Origin: Octopus bimaculoides
Lineage: Eukaryota
Assembly (NCBI RefSeq): GCF_001194135.2
Contig: NC_068989.1
Coordinates: forward strand, 17,710,219-17,759,708
DNA length: 49,490 nt
Direction of reading: 5' to 3'
Positions 25,435-37,167 of this stretch are shown here, one piece after another. The notes below the pieces were generated by a model, which worked only from the letters and a program-made list of their open reading frames with translations, was not told the origin of the DNA and did no database searches. The number at the start of each line of letters is the position of its first letter. The first letter of the stretch is position 1. A program made the translations under genes and the position numbers.

Positions 25435-25605
25435 GCGTGTGTATGTGTGTGTGTGTGTATGTATGTATATAAACACACACATATATATACACATATGTAC
25501 TTATAGGTGTATATATAACACGTATGTACTTACATATATGTGGTTGCATATAGTATATATATGTATATGTGTATGTATATATGCGAGTGTATATCTCTCT
25601 CTCTA

Positions 25606-25636
<31 letters not shown>

Positions 25637-25643
<7 letters not shown>

Positions 25644-25886
25644 ATAGATTTCGGCCAGTATTGGCCCAGGCCATGTCTAACTTAATAACATCACCTGGCA
25701 AAGTCATTCAAATCAGGAATCGGACAACATGGTCCACTCGAGGAGAGAGTTATTGCTTGCGGCGACATATCCGGGTGTAGGAGGTTTATCCGGGATTTTT
25801 TGAAGGAATTTGTTGTCCAAAGACTTCTTGAACTTTATAAACAGAGCACGGTAAACAAACAGGTCACATAGAGAATATTTCCTTCA
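25637..25886 (-). mobile_element. CR1-like LINE 3' end with terminal stem-loop, abutting (TA)n
   Basis: Same IPDKPPTPGY tail, then 3' UTR hairpin GGCCA-ATAC-TGGCC and ctatcaaagg running into TA repeats. Confidence 0.65.
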
Positions 25887-27844
25887 NNNNNNNNNNNNNN
25901 NNNNNNNNNNNNNNNNNNNNNNNNNNNNNNNNNNNNNNNNNNNNNNNNNNNNNNNNNNNNNNNNNNNNNNNNNNNNNNNNNNNNNNNNNNNNNNNNNNNN
26001 NNNNNNNNNNNNNNNNNNNNNNNNNNNNNNNNNNNNNNNNNNNNNNNNNNNNNNNNNNNNNNNNNNNNNNNNNNNNNNNNNNNNNNNNNNNNNNNNNNNN
26101 NNNNNNNNNNNNNNNNNNNNNNNNNNNNNNNNNNNNNNNNNNNNNNNNNNNNNNNNNNNNNNNNNNNNNNNNNNNNNNATATATATATATATATATACAT
26201 ACATACATGTTTATGTACGCATATATACGAATTGCGGAATACTTAGAGCGGCGGAAAAGGTTTTTTTTTCTCGTAATTACGTCATATTATGTTCTTAATT
26301 GTGGACTCAGTAAAATAAATATCTGTTAAATACTTGGGTCAATATAATCGTATATATTGGCTAAAATAGGAAATGTTGTCTGGTGTCTATATTAGAAATC
26401 ACTGTAAGTTATTAAGCTCATAAAATAAACTATAATTATGTGAGATTAATGAGATATATAACTGTCGCCTCGATCAAAATCATACAACATCCAAATATTT
26501 TTAGTGGAATATATCGATCATTTGATATCTAAAATTTTCGGAAGCAAACATTCCTAATCGCTTACCTAATGTGGACGACTCGATATCAGCGTTCGATTTG
26601 CTAGGAGTTACAAACCCACGAAACTTAACTTATACACTAATGTCTTTAAAAAGTGGGGATTCGTATTGAATAATGTAAGATATGGAAGATACGGTTCTGT
26701 TGATGCCGAATTGTTTTTGCTTATTATGTCTGCTCGTTTATGGTACACCCATGGCTAAACCACACCGCCACCAGCGATCAAATAATTTGAAGACGTTTAC
26801 AGAAAATAACGACAGTAAGAAGTGCTGGGATTTTAAAAATGTTGGGTGTCATCAAATTGCTCGTTAATCTTTATGACTCATCTAAATAGCTACAACTGTA
26901 TATGGTGAACTATGATAGAAAAAAAATGTAAGAATAGATCAACAAACAAATTACAAAAATAAACATTTTTGTGAATCTGAGATGCTGCAATGAAAGAAAG
27001 CTACAAACAGAAACGATATATGTCATTTATTAGTTGAATACTTTACGACAAAGCTAGTCGGAGCTGGTACGCAGAGTCAGGTTTAAATTTCCTGTAGCCT
27101 GATCCACAAGTTGTCGCACCTTTTACAAACAGAAAGCTGTTAGTGGAAAAGGATTGTAGTTTAGACAGGTAAAACAAACATTGAAGAAAAATAACACACA
27201 AGATTTAGCGACTTGGGCAAACATTGTTAAAAAGAAAGCCAAGGCTTGCTAGTGCGAAGATTTCAAGCTGACACCCTTCTATTATTTTCAATATAATTAA
27301 TAAGCAATACCAACATCTGAATGAATGCAGTGTTATATACTGAATATGCCGAAAGTGCCCTTTCCTTTATTCTTGGAAAAACTACAGAATACTGGTCAAA
27401 AATTAGTGAAAATATTAGCTTCCCAGAGGAAAAAAAAACATGAAAAGACTTGTAAGTATTGCTTTGATAACAGCAAGAATCAATATGTAAAGTGAATATC
27501 AAAGAAAGTATTTAAATAATGATAAATTTCTAGAAAATCTGATATTTTCTTAGAATTCCATGGCTATATGTTTGTTAATTAAAATAAACTAATCGTAAGA
27601 ATATATTTAATTTCTAAATTAAATCAACAATAATTGGAAACTGTATTCACTATAGATATTTTCGTATAGATAGATAAAACATTTAATACAACATTGACAT
27701 ACAAAACCTAATAAGTCTCAAATAAAAAATCACTGAACGGCCCAGAAATAAATCTCACTTTAAATTTTTCCCTTTTGCATCTGTTTCTCACCTAACCATT
27801 TATGTCTTCGAAAGGAACATTAATGAGACAGTGACAGAGGATTT

Positions 27845-28000
27845 ACTAGAAATGGCAGGTAAATATCCTGTAAATAACAGCCTCTCAACTAAAAATTGTC
27901 CGACACATTGAATAATGGTTGTCCTTAATGCACTATACTTTAAAAAAACGTTCACTGGGATTCTCGATCAGATGTGAACCGCGACAAAACAAAAGTAATA
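27845..28000 (+). mobile_element. Plus-strand copy of the ctagaaatagcagc dispersed repeat family
   Basis: ctagaaatggcaggtaaatatc...gacacattgaataatg mirrors the motifs at 5850-6050 and 28515-28570. Confidence 0.45.
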
Positions 28001-28692
28001 ACAGAACGTGAAGATAATTAATCGTATTCAAATATTTCTATCTCTGAGATCTAAGAAGACTTGGAAAAACTATAAGAAGCAACCATCCACCTCACACGAA
28101 AACAATATTTCTGAATGCAAATGTTATGTTGTAAGGAGGTCAATGTTTAGACAATTAGTATAGAAGTAATTTTCTAATAGCTTAAAACTTTGAATCAATT
28201 GTAATGCAAATTATACAACCTATATTTATGTATGACAAAACAACTGTTAATTCACATGTCTATTGTCAGAATTGTGGTCAGCCGAGACAAAAGCAAGAAT
28301 AAAAAATGTAGACCTGTTAGCAAAGAAATAGTTGTGAATAAAATGAGAGCAGCTACTTGATAGGCCAAGCAAACAGAAAGAGAAAAACTGCTATGGGCAG
28401 CAGTATTAACACCTGTAAACATTTCCAAATTAGAAATTGACAGATTAAGTCTTAATATAAATGACATAAACTCGTAATAAGCACCAAACAAGGAGAATCC
28501 TTACATGCTTACTAATGCAGCTAGAAAAAGCAAACTCCCTCAAATTACAATCTACTGGCTTTAAAAGTTACAACACATATGATTATGTATTTCTGAAAAC
28601 ACTAAATCTAAAGAAAAACACAAAAACAAACAAACAAAACCGGAATTGAGATGTATATATATATATATATATATATATAAACATATATAAAC

Positions 28693-28727
<35 letters not shown>

Positions 28728-28909
28728 AATATAGATACACGCATATATGTGTGTGAGTTTGTCTGTGTGTGTGTATGTGTGTAAGCCGTCTAAGAGTCCA
28801 TAAATCATGGAAAAATGCACTCGTATATCTATCAGTACGGTGGGTGTATTAATCGAAGTGTACAGTATCATATATTCATTGCGGCTGGTCTTATAAATCA
28901 GTTTCACAC

Positions 28910-29330
28910 TAGGGGTTCAACGGAGTGTTAGGTAACAGTCCGATTAAGTAACCCTGCGCTCATTAGAGGCAGCCGTTTTGGAATGAAGTATGACAACTGT
29001 TCTCTATTGTTGGAAATGCATAAACACATCCAGTTTGTGGTTACTGTGAAAAAGACGATGAAACGAATCTTAAAGACGCAAACATTTCCCTTGAATTCTT
29101 TCCCCAGAAAACTCTTGCCGACTACGATGTTTTGGTATCACGGGACATAATAATTAATGCAATCACCAACTCGATTCATTTAATCTTTTTCGCAGCAACC
29201 ACAAGCTGATGTACCTATGCACCTCCAGTAATTGAGAACAGTCGCCATATTTTATTCAATAATGTCTACCTCTGATGAGTGCAGAGATAGATAATCAGAC
29301 TGTTACCTAACAACATTCCGTTGAACCTCA
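28910..29330. mobile_element. Old fold-back MITE with about 155-bp diverged TIRs
   Basis: ggttcaacggagtgttaggtaacagtccgatta...ctgttctctattg...gtttgtggttactgtgaaaaaga is mirrored in reverse complement at about 29168-29328; no TSD recognisable. Confidence 0.8.
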
Positions 29331-29398
29331 GGTGCGAAACTGATCGGTAAGATCAACCGTAATGGATAAATAGTTCTGTACAGTATATATATATATAT

Positions 29399-29588
29399 GG
29401 GAGAATATACAAAAAATAACAACAGACGAGGACAGGTGGTGTAAATAACAAAAGTATATATTAGTATGACGCTCGGGAATACGGAAAGTCTTTGACGTTT
29501 CGAGCTACGCTCTTCAACAGAAAGAATACGGAGACAAGGAGAAAAACACGGAGAAAAAAAATTGAATAGTGTTCAGTCAACGGTCAAC
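29399..29588 (-). mobile_element. Probable Penelope-like element terminal (pLTR) remnant flanked by (TA)n
   Basis: A short non-coding unit between TA runs that carries a hammerhead-like fold. No PLE ORF is adjacent; assignment rests on the known PLE-hammerhead association. Confidence 0.6.
29489..29525 (-). ncRNA. Minimal type I hammerhead ribozyme-like motif (variant core)
   Basis: 5'-UCUUU CUGUUGA A GAGC GUA GCUC GAAA C GUC AAAGA-3': 5-bp stem I, 4-bp stem II, GAAA box, palindromic ACGU stem III and GUC triplet; A6 is replaced by U. Confidence 0.6.
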
Positions 29589-29657
29589 ATACATATATAT
29601 ANNNNNNNNNNNNNNNNNNNNNNNNNNNNNNNNNNNNNNNNNNNNNNNNNNNNNNNN

Positions 29658-29744
<87 letters not shown>

Positions 29745-32059
29745 CATACATATATACATACATATACACAAACACATACATATATAATACATAAAATACA
29801 AACATACATACATACATACATATATACATGTGAACACAAGTATAATGCAGACGGGAATGCAATATTTCGAACGCAGTATAGTCGTGAAAACAGCAGAAAG
29901 ATTGGGCATTTTATCTTTATATGATAGAAAAAGTTGTCAGCAGTTCCGTCATATAAGGGTAAAATACACGTATATACATTTAGAAATCTTTTGGTTAATA
30001 GGAAAATCAGTGCTCATGTCACTTTACACACCCCTGAGACTGGCAGGAGGGAGGAAATTCGACGATATTCTCAAACTGCACTCGAAACAGGCTTGGAAGT
30101 TGACTCGGAATCTCGTAACAGAGTGAAATCCGATGAAGACCTCAACATCACGCAGTACTATTAAATTGAGCGACAAAATATATACAGCACACAAGTAGAC
30201 CATGTCACGATTTGAATTCAGAATGCAATGAGTCGGAGCAAATATAATCCAATGATTTTGCCAATCTACTTGTGTGTATGTGTGTGCGCATAAATATGCT
30301 TGTTAAGTGACTGGTGTGTCAACACTGCTTCTTTTCATATCTATAACATTTTTTAGCCAGCACTGTGTATCACAATCCGGTTTAGCTAAAAAAAAAGAAT
30401 CACTGGAAATGTAGAGTACATTGCAACATGTGTGTGTGTCTATATTTGTTTACAAATAAAGAACAAGAACTTGAAGCATAATTTTAACAGAAAAATGAAA
30501 TATCCGAAGCAATACGATTAGTGGATCGAAATTCGTATAACTTTCAGCTCTTTAGCCGATACACTACAGAGCAAATTTAACTTTTTCCTGAGAACTGTTT
30601 ATGAGGACGCTATAAGTAGTGAACGACTGCTGATAATACACACACACACGCGCAACCACAAAGAAGCAATAGGAAACTAGGAAGCAATTGATCCCTTTCT
30701 TACGTTTTAAATACCTAATAAGAATGAAATACTATTCAGATAAACAGAAACACATAAACAATAAGCACCACGTTCCAGATGAAACTGAGTGTCATTATAT
30801 GTGACCCTGAAGTGACTGCTATATAAATCAAAAGTTCATTGCGTATATCTTGATTCCACCAAACAATTTCGCGTAGTCACCCTCGGCATCTTACGCCAAA
30901 AGATAAAAATGACTAGCATAAGCATAGCATGGAACTTCAGCACCTGTCTGATTTCATTAAAGATCGAAGTCAAATGATGGCAGCCAACGTTGTTTTACAC
31001 GAAAAGCCTGCATTTAAAAGTAGAATACCAAAAAGCAATATCTTCAGATGATTTATAGTCAATTGAATTGTCAGTACATTAATGACAGATACTTCATTGA
31101 TCCCAGAAATGAAAATAACAGTGTGGGAATGACAACATAATAATGACAATAACTACCCCAGCAAAATTTAAACTTGATAATAAAGGACAAAACTAAATAT
31201 TATAACGCTTCTAGTTCGAAATTATACAATTTACTATAAAACAAAATTATAAATGAAATCATTAAGAAGACAACGTGTATGGTTACTAGCTTATGATTGT
31301 GAATCTCTGTCTAACGATTCTTTGACGTTGAGGTTGCGGCATGGGCAGTACTCAATATTTTCTATCATTTGCCTTTTTCTATCTAGTGGTGATTAAGTGT
31401 TTCCACATTTAGAGCATTAAAAGCATCTATTTTCTAACTGAACACGCAACTACTTCCCTCCTGGGATATCATTATGGTCGAGGATTTTGTCCAATGTCTC
31501 TGAGTTTACTTGAATCAAAATCTCCTACTTCATTCCAACCCAATTTTTTTCCAGGAATCTTTTCCTTTCTAGCTGTTGGTTAGGGTTTTTCAAAATACAC
31601 ATTTCACCAACAACTATATGTCTAGTTCTGGTGTTATGTTTGAAATTTTTACCTGAATCATTCCCCATTCCAGGTAAATTGGTACCGGTATGAAATTTTC
31701 ATTTCTTTGTGGTACAGTGGAGTGCTTCTGTGCTACAAGGTGGAAAATCACTTAGATGTATGCGAACCTATGGGTGTATAGTGCAAAACTAATGCCTTGC
31801 TATATGTCCCTTAAACAGAGTTCATCTTGATTTGAAGGTAATGATCAATTTGTGTATTATCATCGATAATTCTCTTTACAGAATTGCTTATCTTTCTCTT
31901 TGGTTTAAAAGTTATTGTGGTATATTGAGTGTGATTTCTCACTGTTCTAGTCTGTTCTAAACCTCTTCTAGATGTTCAAGTGAGATGGAATCGTATTCAT
32001 TGTGACCTTAGTAAAAGTATCAGGCTGAGTAAAATGTAAGCAACGTTTTGAAACATGAA

Positions 32060-32385
32060 ATTCATCACAATACATTTCAACAATGCTGAAAGTTTTGCCA
32101 ACGAGATACAAGTTTGTATATCCTGATAATATAAAAATCTGGGGTTCTGGAGCTGATGAACTCTTTGAATGCACTTTCAGCATCGGTTTGATTTTTGAAC
32201 TCTTTCTCTCGCAGGAAACCATCTAGGTGCTTGAAACAGTGGTAGTCGGTAGGAGAAAGGTCTGGGGAATAAGCTGGGTGGGGAAGAACTTCGTAGCCAA
32301 GTTCCCTCAACGTCTGGAGCGTCCACTACGCTCACGATCTTCAAGGCTCAGGTCTCCACTGCGAAATCGTTTAAACCATTTTCAA
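32060..32385 (-). mobile_element. Internally deleted mariner (HTH fragment joined to catalytic C-terminus)
   Basis: KWFKRFRSGDLSLEDRERSGR is followed out of frame by LRELGYEVLPHPAYSPDLSPTDYHCFKHL...SRWQ (YSPDL motif with the third catalytic D). Confidence 0.9.
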
Positions 32386-32930
32386 ACCGACCACTGGCTC
32401 TTGGATTTCTTTGGTTTTGGAGAAGACATGTGACGCAATTCCATAAACTGAGCCTTCGTTACAGAATCATAATGTCCAGCCCCGTTTCAGTTCACATCAC
32501 CTGATAGGGGAAAATATCTATATTGGCTTCAAGAGCTTCCAAAATATCAGGACAGACTTCCATAATTCTCTTCCTCAAATCGAGTGTCAAGTGCCGAGGT
32601 ACTCACATTCCACACATTTCACGATACCCAAAGTCATCTACTTTCTATAATGCATTGCAACCACAGTCTAGTTGGGCAGCAAGCTCATTGATTATGACGC
32701 GTCTCTCCGTGCATATCAATTCATCCATTTGCTAGTCATTCATGCTGGTGGTTGCAATTGATGGTCTCCCTCTGCATGGTTTGTCTTCAATGCTGATTTC
32801 TCCTTTAAAAATCTTATCCCTCTTGTGCACATTACTCTTGTCGATAGTGTCATATTGTTAAGAACCTGTAGCATTAAAGAACTCAATGACGACTCGTTGA
32901 TTCTGCTTATTTGTCATTATTTGTCTACAG
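32386..32930 (-). mobile_element. N-terminal half of a second, different mariner transposase (decayed)
   Basis: MTNKQNQRVVIEFF...IEDKPCRGRPS...RRVIINELAAQL...*VPRHLT...HYDSVTKAQFMELRHMSSPKPKK, with multiple stops. Confidence 0.8.
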
Positions 32931-33140
32931 TGAAGAAGAACAGAAAAGCTAATTACTATAGAGGAAGAGTTACTCTACCAACATGTGCAATTTAAACGAC
33001 CCATGTCAGTTAATAAAAAAGTTATACTCACTTTTACACTACTTTTACACTACTTTTACATTACCCTAGAGTGCATTTGTGTGTGTATGTGTGTGCGTGT
33101 ATGTGCTTGTGTGTATCTGTATATGTAAATACACACGCAG

Positions 33141-33189
<49 letters not shown>

Positions 33190-35153
33190 CATACACCTGC
33201 ACGTAAACGCACAAACATGTTCACTGGCATACTTTAGTCCATGCTGAATTCATGAGTGCAAGAGAAGTATGTTTGACAACACATTAAATAAATACAGAGA
33301 ACAGTGCAAACATGTACAATATCTGTATAACTGACAAAAGTAGTGCAAAATATTCACACTTTGACACTAATTTTAGCTATTTCACTAATTAGTAATTACG
33401 ATCACGTCTTCTAGAATAAATATAATTCACAACTGGATTGAACAAGGTAAAAATCGCAATACTCTGCAAAGATTAATAAATAAATTAGTTATAATTGCTT
33501 CAGCTTCGAATTTTCTAAGAAACATTTCAAATGATGAAACTTATGTTAACAATTAAGTTAGATTATGGTAGTTTTGACCAGTTTAAAACAGATTGTTGGC
33601 GTAGCTTCTCAAAACTGAAGTTAGTGTTACGAGTCCTTTGAATTTTTCTTTTAGTTCATGACAGAAGAGTAGGCCAATGATTTTATATGCTTTCCGGGCC
33701 TCAGAGACGGATAAAAGAAAAGGAAGAAGTTATTGTCAAACCGGAGACCTGGCTTGAATGCTTGCAACAGAGTGAACCCCGCTAAAAGTACCTGAAGTCC
33801 AGGTGCTGAGTTTAAACTTAGTGAGGGATTAAATTTATCATCCCTATACTCTGAGTACAAAGAACCAGAGTAATCACAACTATGCATACTCGTCCGACGT
33901 TCAAATAAATATTCGAACAAAGTGCCCTGTGCTGGCAATTGATGTTATTGGGATCGAAAAATTGCAAGATAAAGTTGACCTTTACAGGATATGAATCCAG
34001 AGAGCAGAGACCCGGAATAAATAGTGTAAAGTATTTTGTCCAACTCTGTAACGAGTTTCTATATTCGTCGCTGTTATTATGGGTTGGAGCGTTGCAGATT
34101 ATCTGCAATAGCATATTGAAAAGTATCCACAATAATCCATCTTGTGTCACGTTGACTTTTGAAGCTGATGACATTTCTGAAAAAAAGTGGTTTCCTTGTC
34201 TCTGTCTTGGCTTACACTTGTCTGTTCTTAACTCGTCTGCACTGTATTTACCAAATAACAATGCAAGAATGTTTGGCTTGGAAGCCGAAGTGGTTTTAAT
34301 ATGTATATATGTGCACAGAGTTTTAACGATATACGTAAATGCATAAATACTTGCAGAAACCTTAACATAATCGTATCACTTTAATATTTTCAATAAGTTT
34401 ATCAGTTTTATTTATATAACCTTTACAAGTAGAATGGTTAAATTCAAGAGGTCAGAGGTTATTTTTGCGAGTCTTTTGTTATATATTTCAGCAATGGCCA
34501 GAAGATCGTTCTTTTCTTTCGTTTTCCTCTTGGTCCTGCTTCTATCCTTAAGTTACATAATCTTTAATAACAATAGGCTTACAATAGCAACCTTTACAAA
34601 ACAACTTAAGAGACCTCTTCATCTAAAATAAAGAAAAACAAAATTGCTTGTGTAAACGTTGGTTTCAGATCACGTATTATATCTATATACAAATATTAAT
34701 ATATTTAGAGCTATACATCTATGCATGTATGTCTTAAATTCTCGTTTATACTTCACTTGCCAACAAATGCATGTATTTATCTATCCGTTTACTTTACTGT
34801 ATTGGTCATATCAAATAAAGTTTGCAAATAAAGTTAATGTACACAAAAAAAGGAAGAGTTTGATTTGTTCTGGTGTCTGCCAACATCATGAAATGAAATT
34901 AGATCAAAGATAAGAAATGGGAATATTTTACATCTGAATTGAAATTTTTTGTCATTCCTATGCGTTTAACACGTGATTTTTTTTCAAGAAAGGAATTGAG
35001 GCTCCATTAATAGTTCAATTAATCTTTTGTAGCTTTGCACATTAAGCACCTTATGTCGACAGTTGTACAATAAAAGGCCAATTGTTACCCGTTTTCATTT
35101 CCTGGATGGATGAAATCATTCAATTCTAATTGTACTAATGCTTTCAGAAACTG

Positions 35154-35420
35154 CAGTGCTTCTCAAAGAGGGTAACTATGCTTTCCTAGGGTTGGGACTA
35201 TGAAAATTGACAAGAGGGTAGGTAAACTGACGTGTTTAATGAAAGTGAGACAATTTTCAACTTTTCAACTTTTAAACCTCTTCTACACATAATGAAGAAA
35301 GAAGTATCACATGGATACAAACCTTATTTTAAATTCTCATTAATAAAGAGGCATAACGGAGAGTAGAATATTTTTCCATGGCGTTGGGGGTGCTGCTAGC
35401 ATTTGTTGGTTTAAGAACTG
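35154..35420. mobile_element. Possible degenerate hAT (Charlie-type) MITE
   Basis: Left end cagtgcttctcaaa; only a weak right end (tttaagaactg) after a ggggg block. Confidence 0.35.
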
Positions 35421-35724
35421 TCATAACGTTCTCTGAAATGAGTATTTTATTCTAAGCTATGATTAACTCAAAATCAATCACACACCTCTATATGTTGTTC
35501 TGAGTTCGAAGTAATACATTCTGTATATTATAAGTCACATATTTTTGTGAACCTCCCTGTATACCAGCCATTATTCTTGACGTCACCCTTAATGCATTTT
35601 CTCAACCAAACACGTACTAAATACCTCACTCAGGCCTTCATCGCTAGAACTTACAACTTTCTTCTTTATTTCTTGCAGATATTTGGTTACAGAAGTTCAA
35701 ACTAAATATTGCCTAACCATGAGT

Positions 35725-35885
35725 GCAGATATAGTTATGAGGTTAAATATTCACTTCGCAAAGATTTGATTTCGAGTTCGATGCCATTTCACAGCACCTT
35801 GGTTGAATGTTTCCTATATAGCCTTGTGAATCGATCCAAACCTTGTGAGTGAAATTTTGCAGATGGAAAATTGTATGAAATCTAG
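35725..35885 (+). mobile_element. Degenerate 5' half of SINE family 3
   Basis: gagttcgatgcca...cagcaccttgg...tatagccttg...aaccttgtgagtgaaattt parallels 37215-37310. Confidence 0.65.
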
Positions 35886-36034
35886 TCAGAGAAAGCGGTT
35901 TTGTTCTTCGGTGGTAGACTTAATACAGCATCCGGTTTAACTTAACTACATTATACTTGGCTGCCCTTAGAGCAGTTCTCTCTGTTCCAAGCATCTGTCT
36001 GCGAGCTAGTTTACAATTAATATTACTCTCTACG

Positions 36035-36100
36035 TAAGGCGTCGAGCTGGCAGAATCGTTACTGTAGCCAAATGCGTAGCAACATTTTGTCCGACACCTT
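36035..36100 (+). mobile_element. 5' head of SINE family 4
   Basis: taaggcgtcgagctggcagaatcgtta matches the family head. Confidence 0.65.
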
Positions 36101-36704
36101 CTCGGTTCGGGTGGTCTACATTTATATATATATATATATATNNNNNNNNNNNNNNNNNNNNNNNNNNNNNNNNNNNNNNNNNNNNNNNNNNNNNNNNNNN
36201 NNNNNNNNNNNNNNNNNNNNNNNNNNNNNNNNNNNNNNNNNNNNNNNNNNNNNNNNNNNNNNNNNNNNNNNNNNNNNNNNNNNNNNNNNNNNNNNNNNNN
36301 NNNNNNNNNNNNNNNNNNNNNNNNNNNNNNNNNNNNNNNNNNNNNNNNNNNNNNNNNNNNNNNNNNNNNNNNNNNNNNNNNNNNNNNNNNNNNNNNNNNN
36401 NNNNNNTATATATATATATATATGTGTGTGTGTACATGCATACATGTATGCATAATAAATTAGGAAATTACGTTAAACACAAGTTTATTCTTACGTTTGA
36501 AGTGCAATTAGATACTTAACCTTAATAGACCATCGGGAGACACTTTATTGAATTTAGTTACAGAAATCCAATGTCGTAACATTCTCAAAGAGAAAATGTC
36601 GTGCAGAATTATTCCTCATGGGATTATTCAGCATATTCCGATATCCCTTCCTCCAGAGATTCGCTTAAATTTTCATATTCGGCAAGCAACGAATGGTGTG
36701 AATG

Positions 36705-37036
36705 CGCATGGCTTAGTAATTAGACCATCGGACTTGCAATCACGAGGTAGCAAGTTCGATTCCCTGACTGGACGATGTGTTGTGTTCTTGAGCAAGACAC
36801 TTTATTCCACGTTGCTCCAGTTCACTCAGCTGTAGAAATGAGTTGCGACGTCATTGGTGCCAAGCTGTATCGGCATTTCCCTTTCCTTTGGATAAAATTG
36901 GTGGCGTGGAGTGGGGAAGCTGGTATGTATGGGCAACTGCTGGTCTTCCACAACTACCCTTGCCCAGAATTGTGTCTCAGAGGGTAACTTTCTAGGTGCA
37001 ATCCGATGGTCATTCATGACCGAAAGGGGTCTTTAC
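36705..37036 (+). mobile_element. tRNA-derived SINE (family 2) with CORE-like block and 3' stem-loop
   Basis: A box TGGCTTAGTAA, B box AGTTCGATTCCC, central tgttcttgagcaagacacttt (similar to the CORE ccttgggcaagtcactt) and 3' hairpin GGTCA-TTCA-TGACC. Confidence 0.8.
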
Positions 37037-37167
37037 TGTTTTACCCTTTTAAGCAACGAATAACATACTAATCTCCACTGATCAACTCCAAACAAAAATT
37101 ACTTAAGCCTTCGATTTAGTGAATCACAATGTGTTATGAGCAGTTCCTAGAAACGTTTACAAGGCAT

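Noticed and set aside
25645-25675. GGCCA-ATAC-TGGCC-GAAA (minus strand) as a hammerhead half
   Set aside because: No CUGANGA core upstream; better explained as the LINE 3' UTR stem-loop.
26500-26830. Minus-strand GLAMGVP and FRYQMIDIF resembling Penelope RT motifs
   Set aside because: A stop follows the first motif and the spacing to the second (about 65 codons) is longer than expected for RT motifs; too weak to call.
29271-29340. CTGATGA followed by a distant GAAAC on the plus strand as a second hammerhead
   Set aside because: No convincing stem II or stem I; the CTGATGA is part of the fold-back MITE arm.
31400-31960. Minus-strand GHIARH and RCF*CSKCG as a LINE ORF1 zinc-knuckle relic
   Set aside because: The fragments are short, interrupted and not in a coherent CCHC arrangement.
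36995-37032. ccgatg-GGTCA-TTCA-TGACC-gaaa at the SINE 3' end as a hammerhead
   Set aside because: The core lacks the U4 and A9 positions and there is no stem I or III; consistent with an ordinary SINE/LINE tail hairpin.
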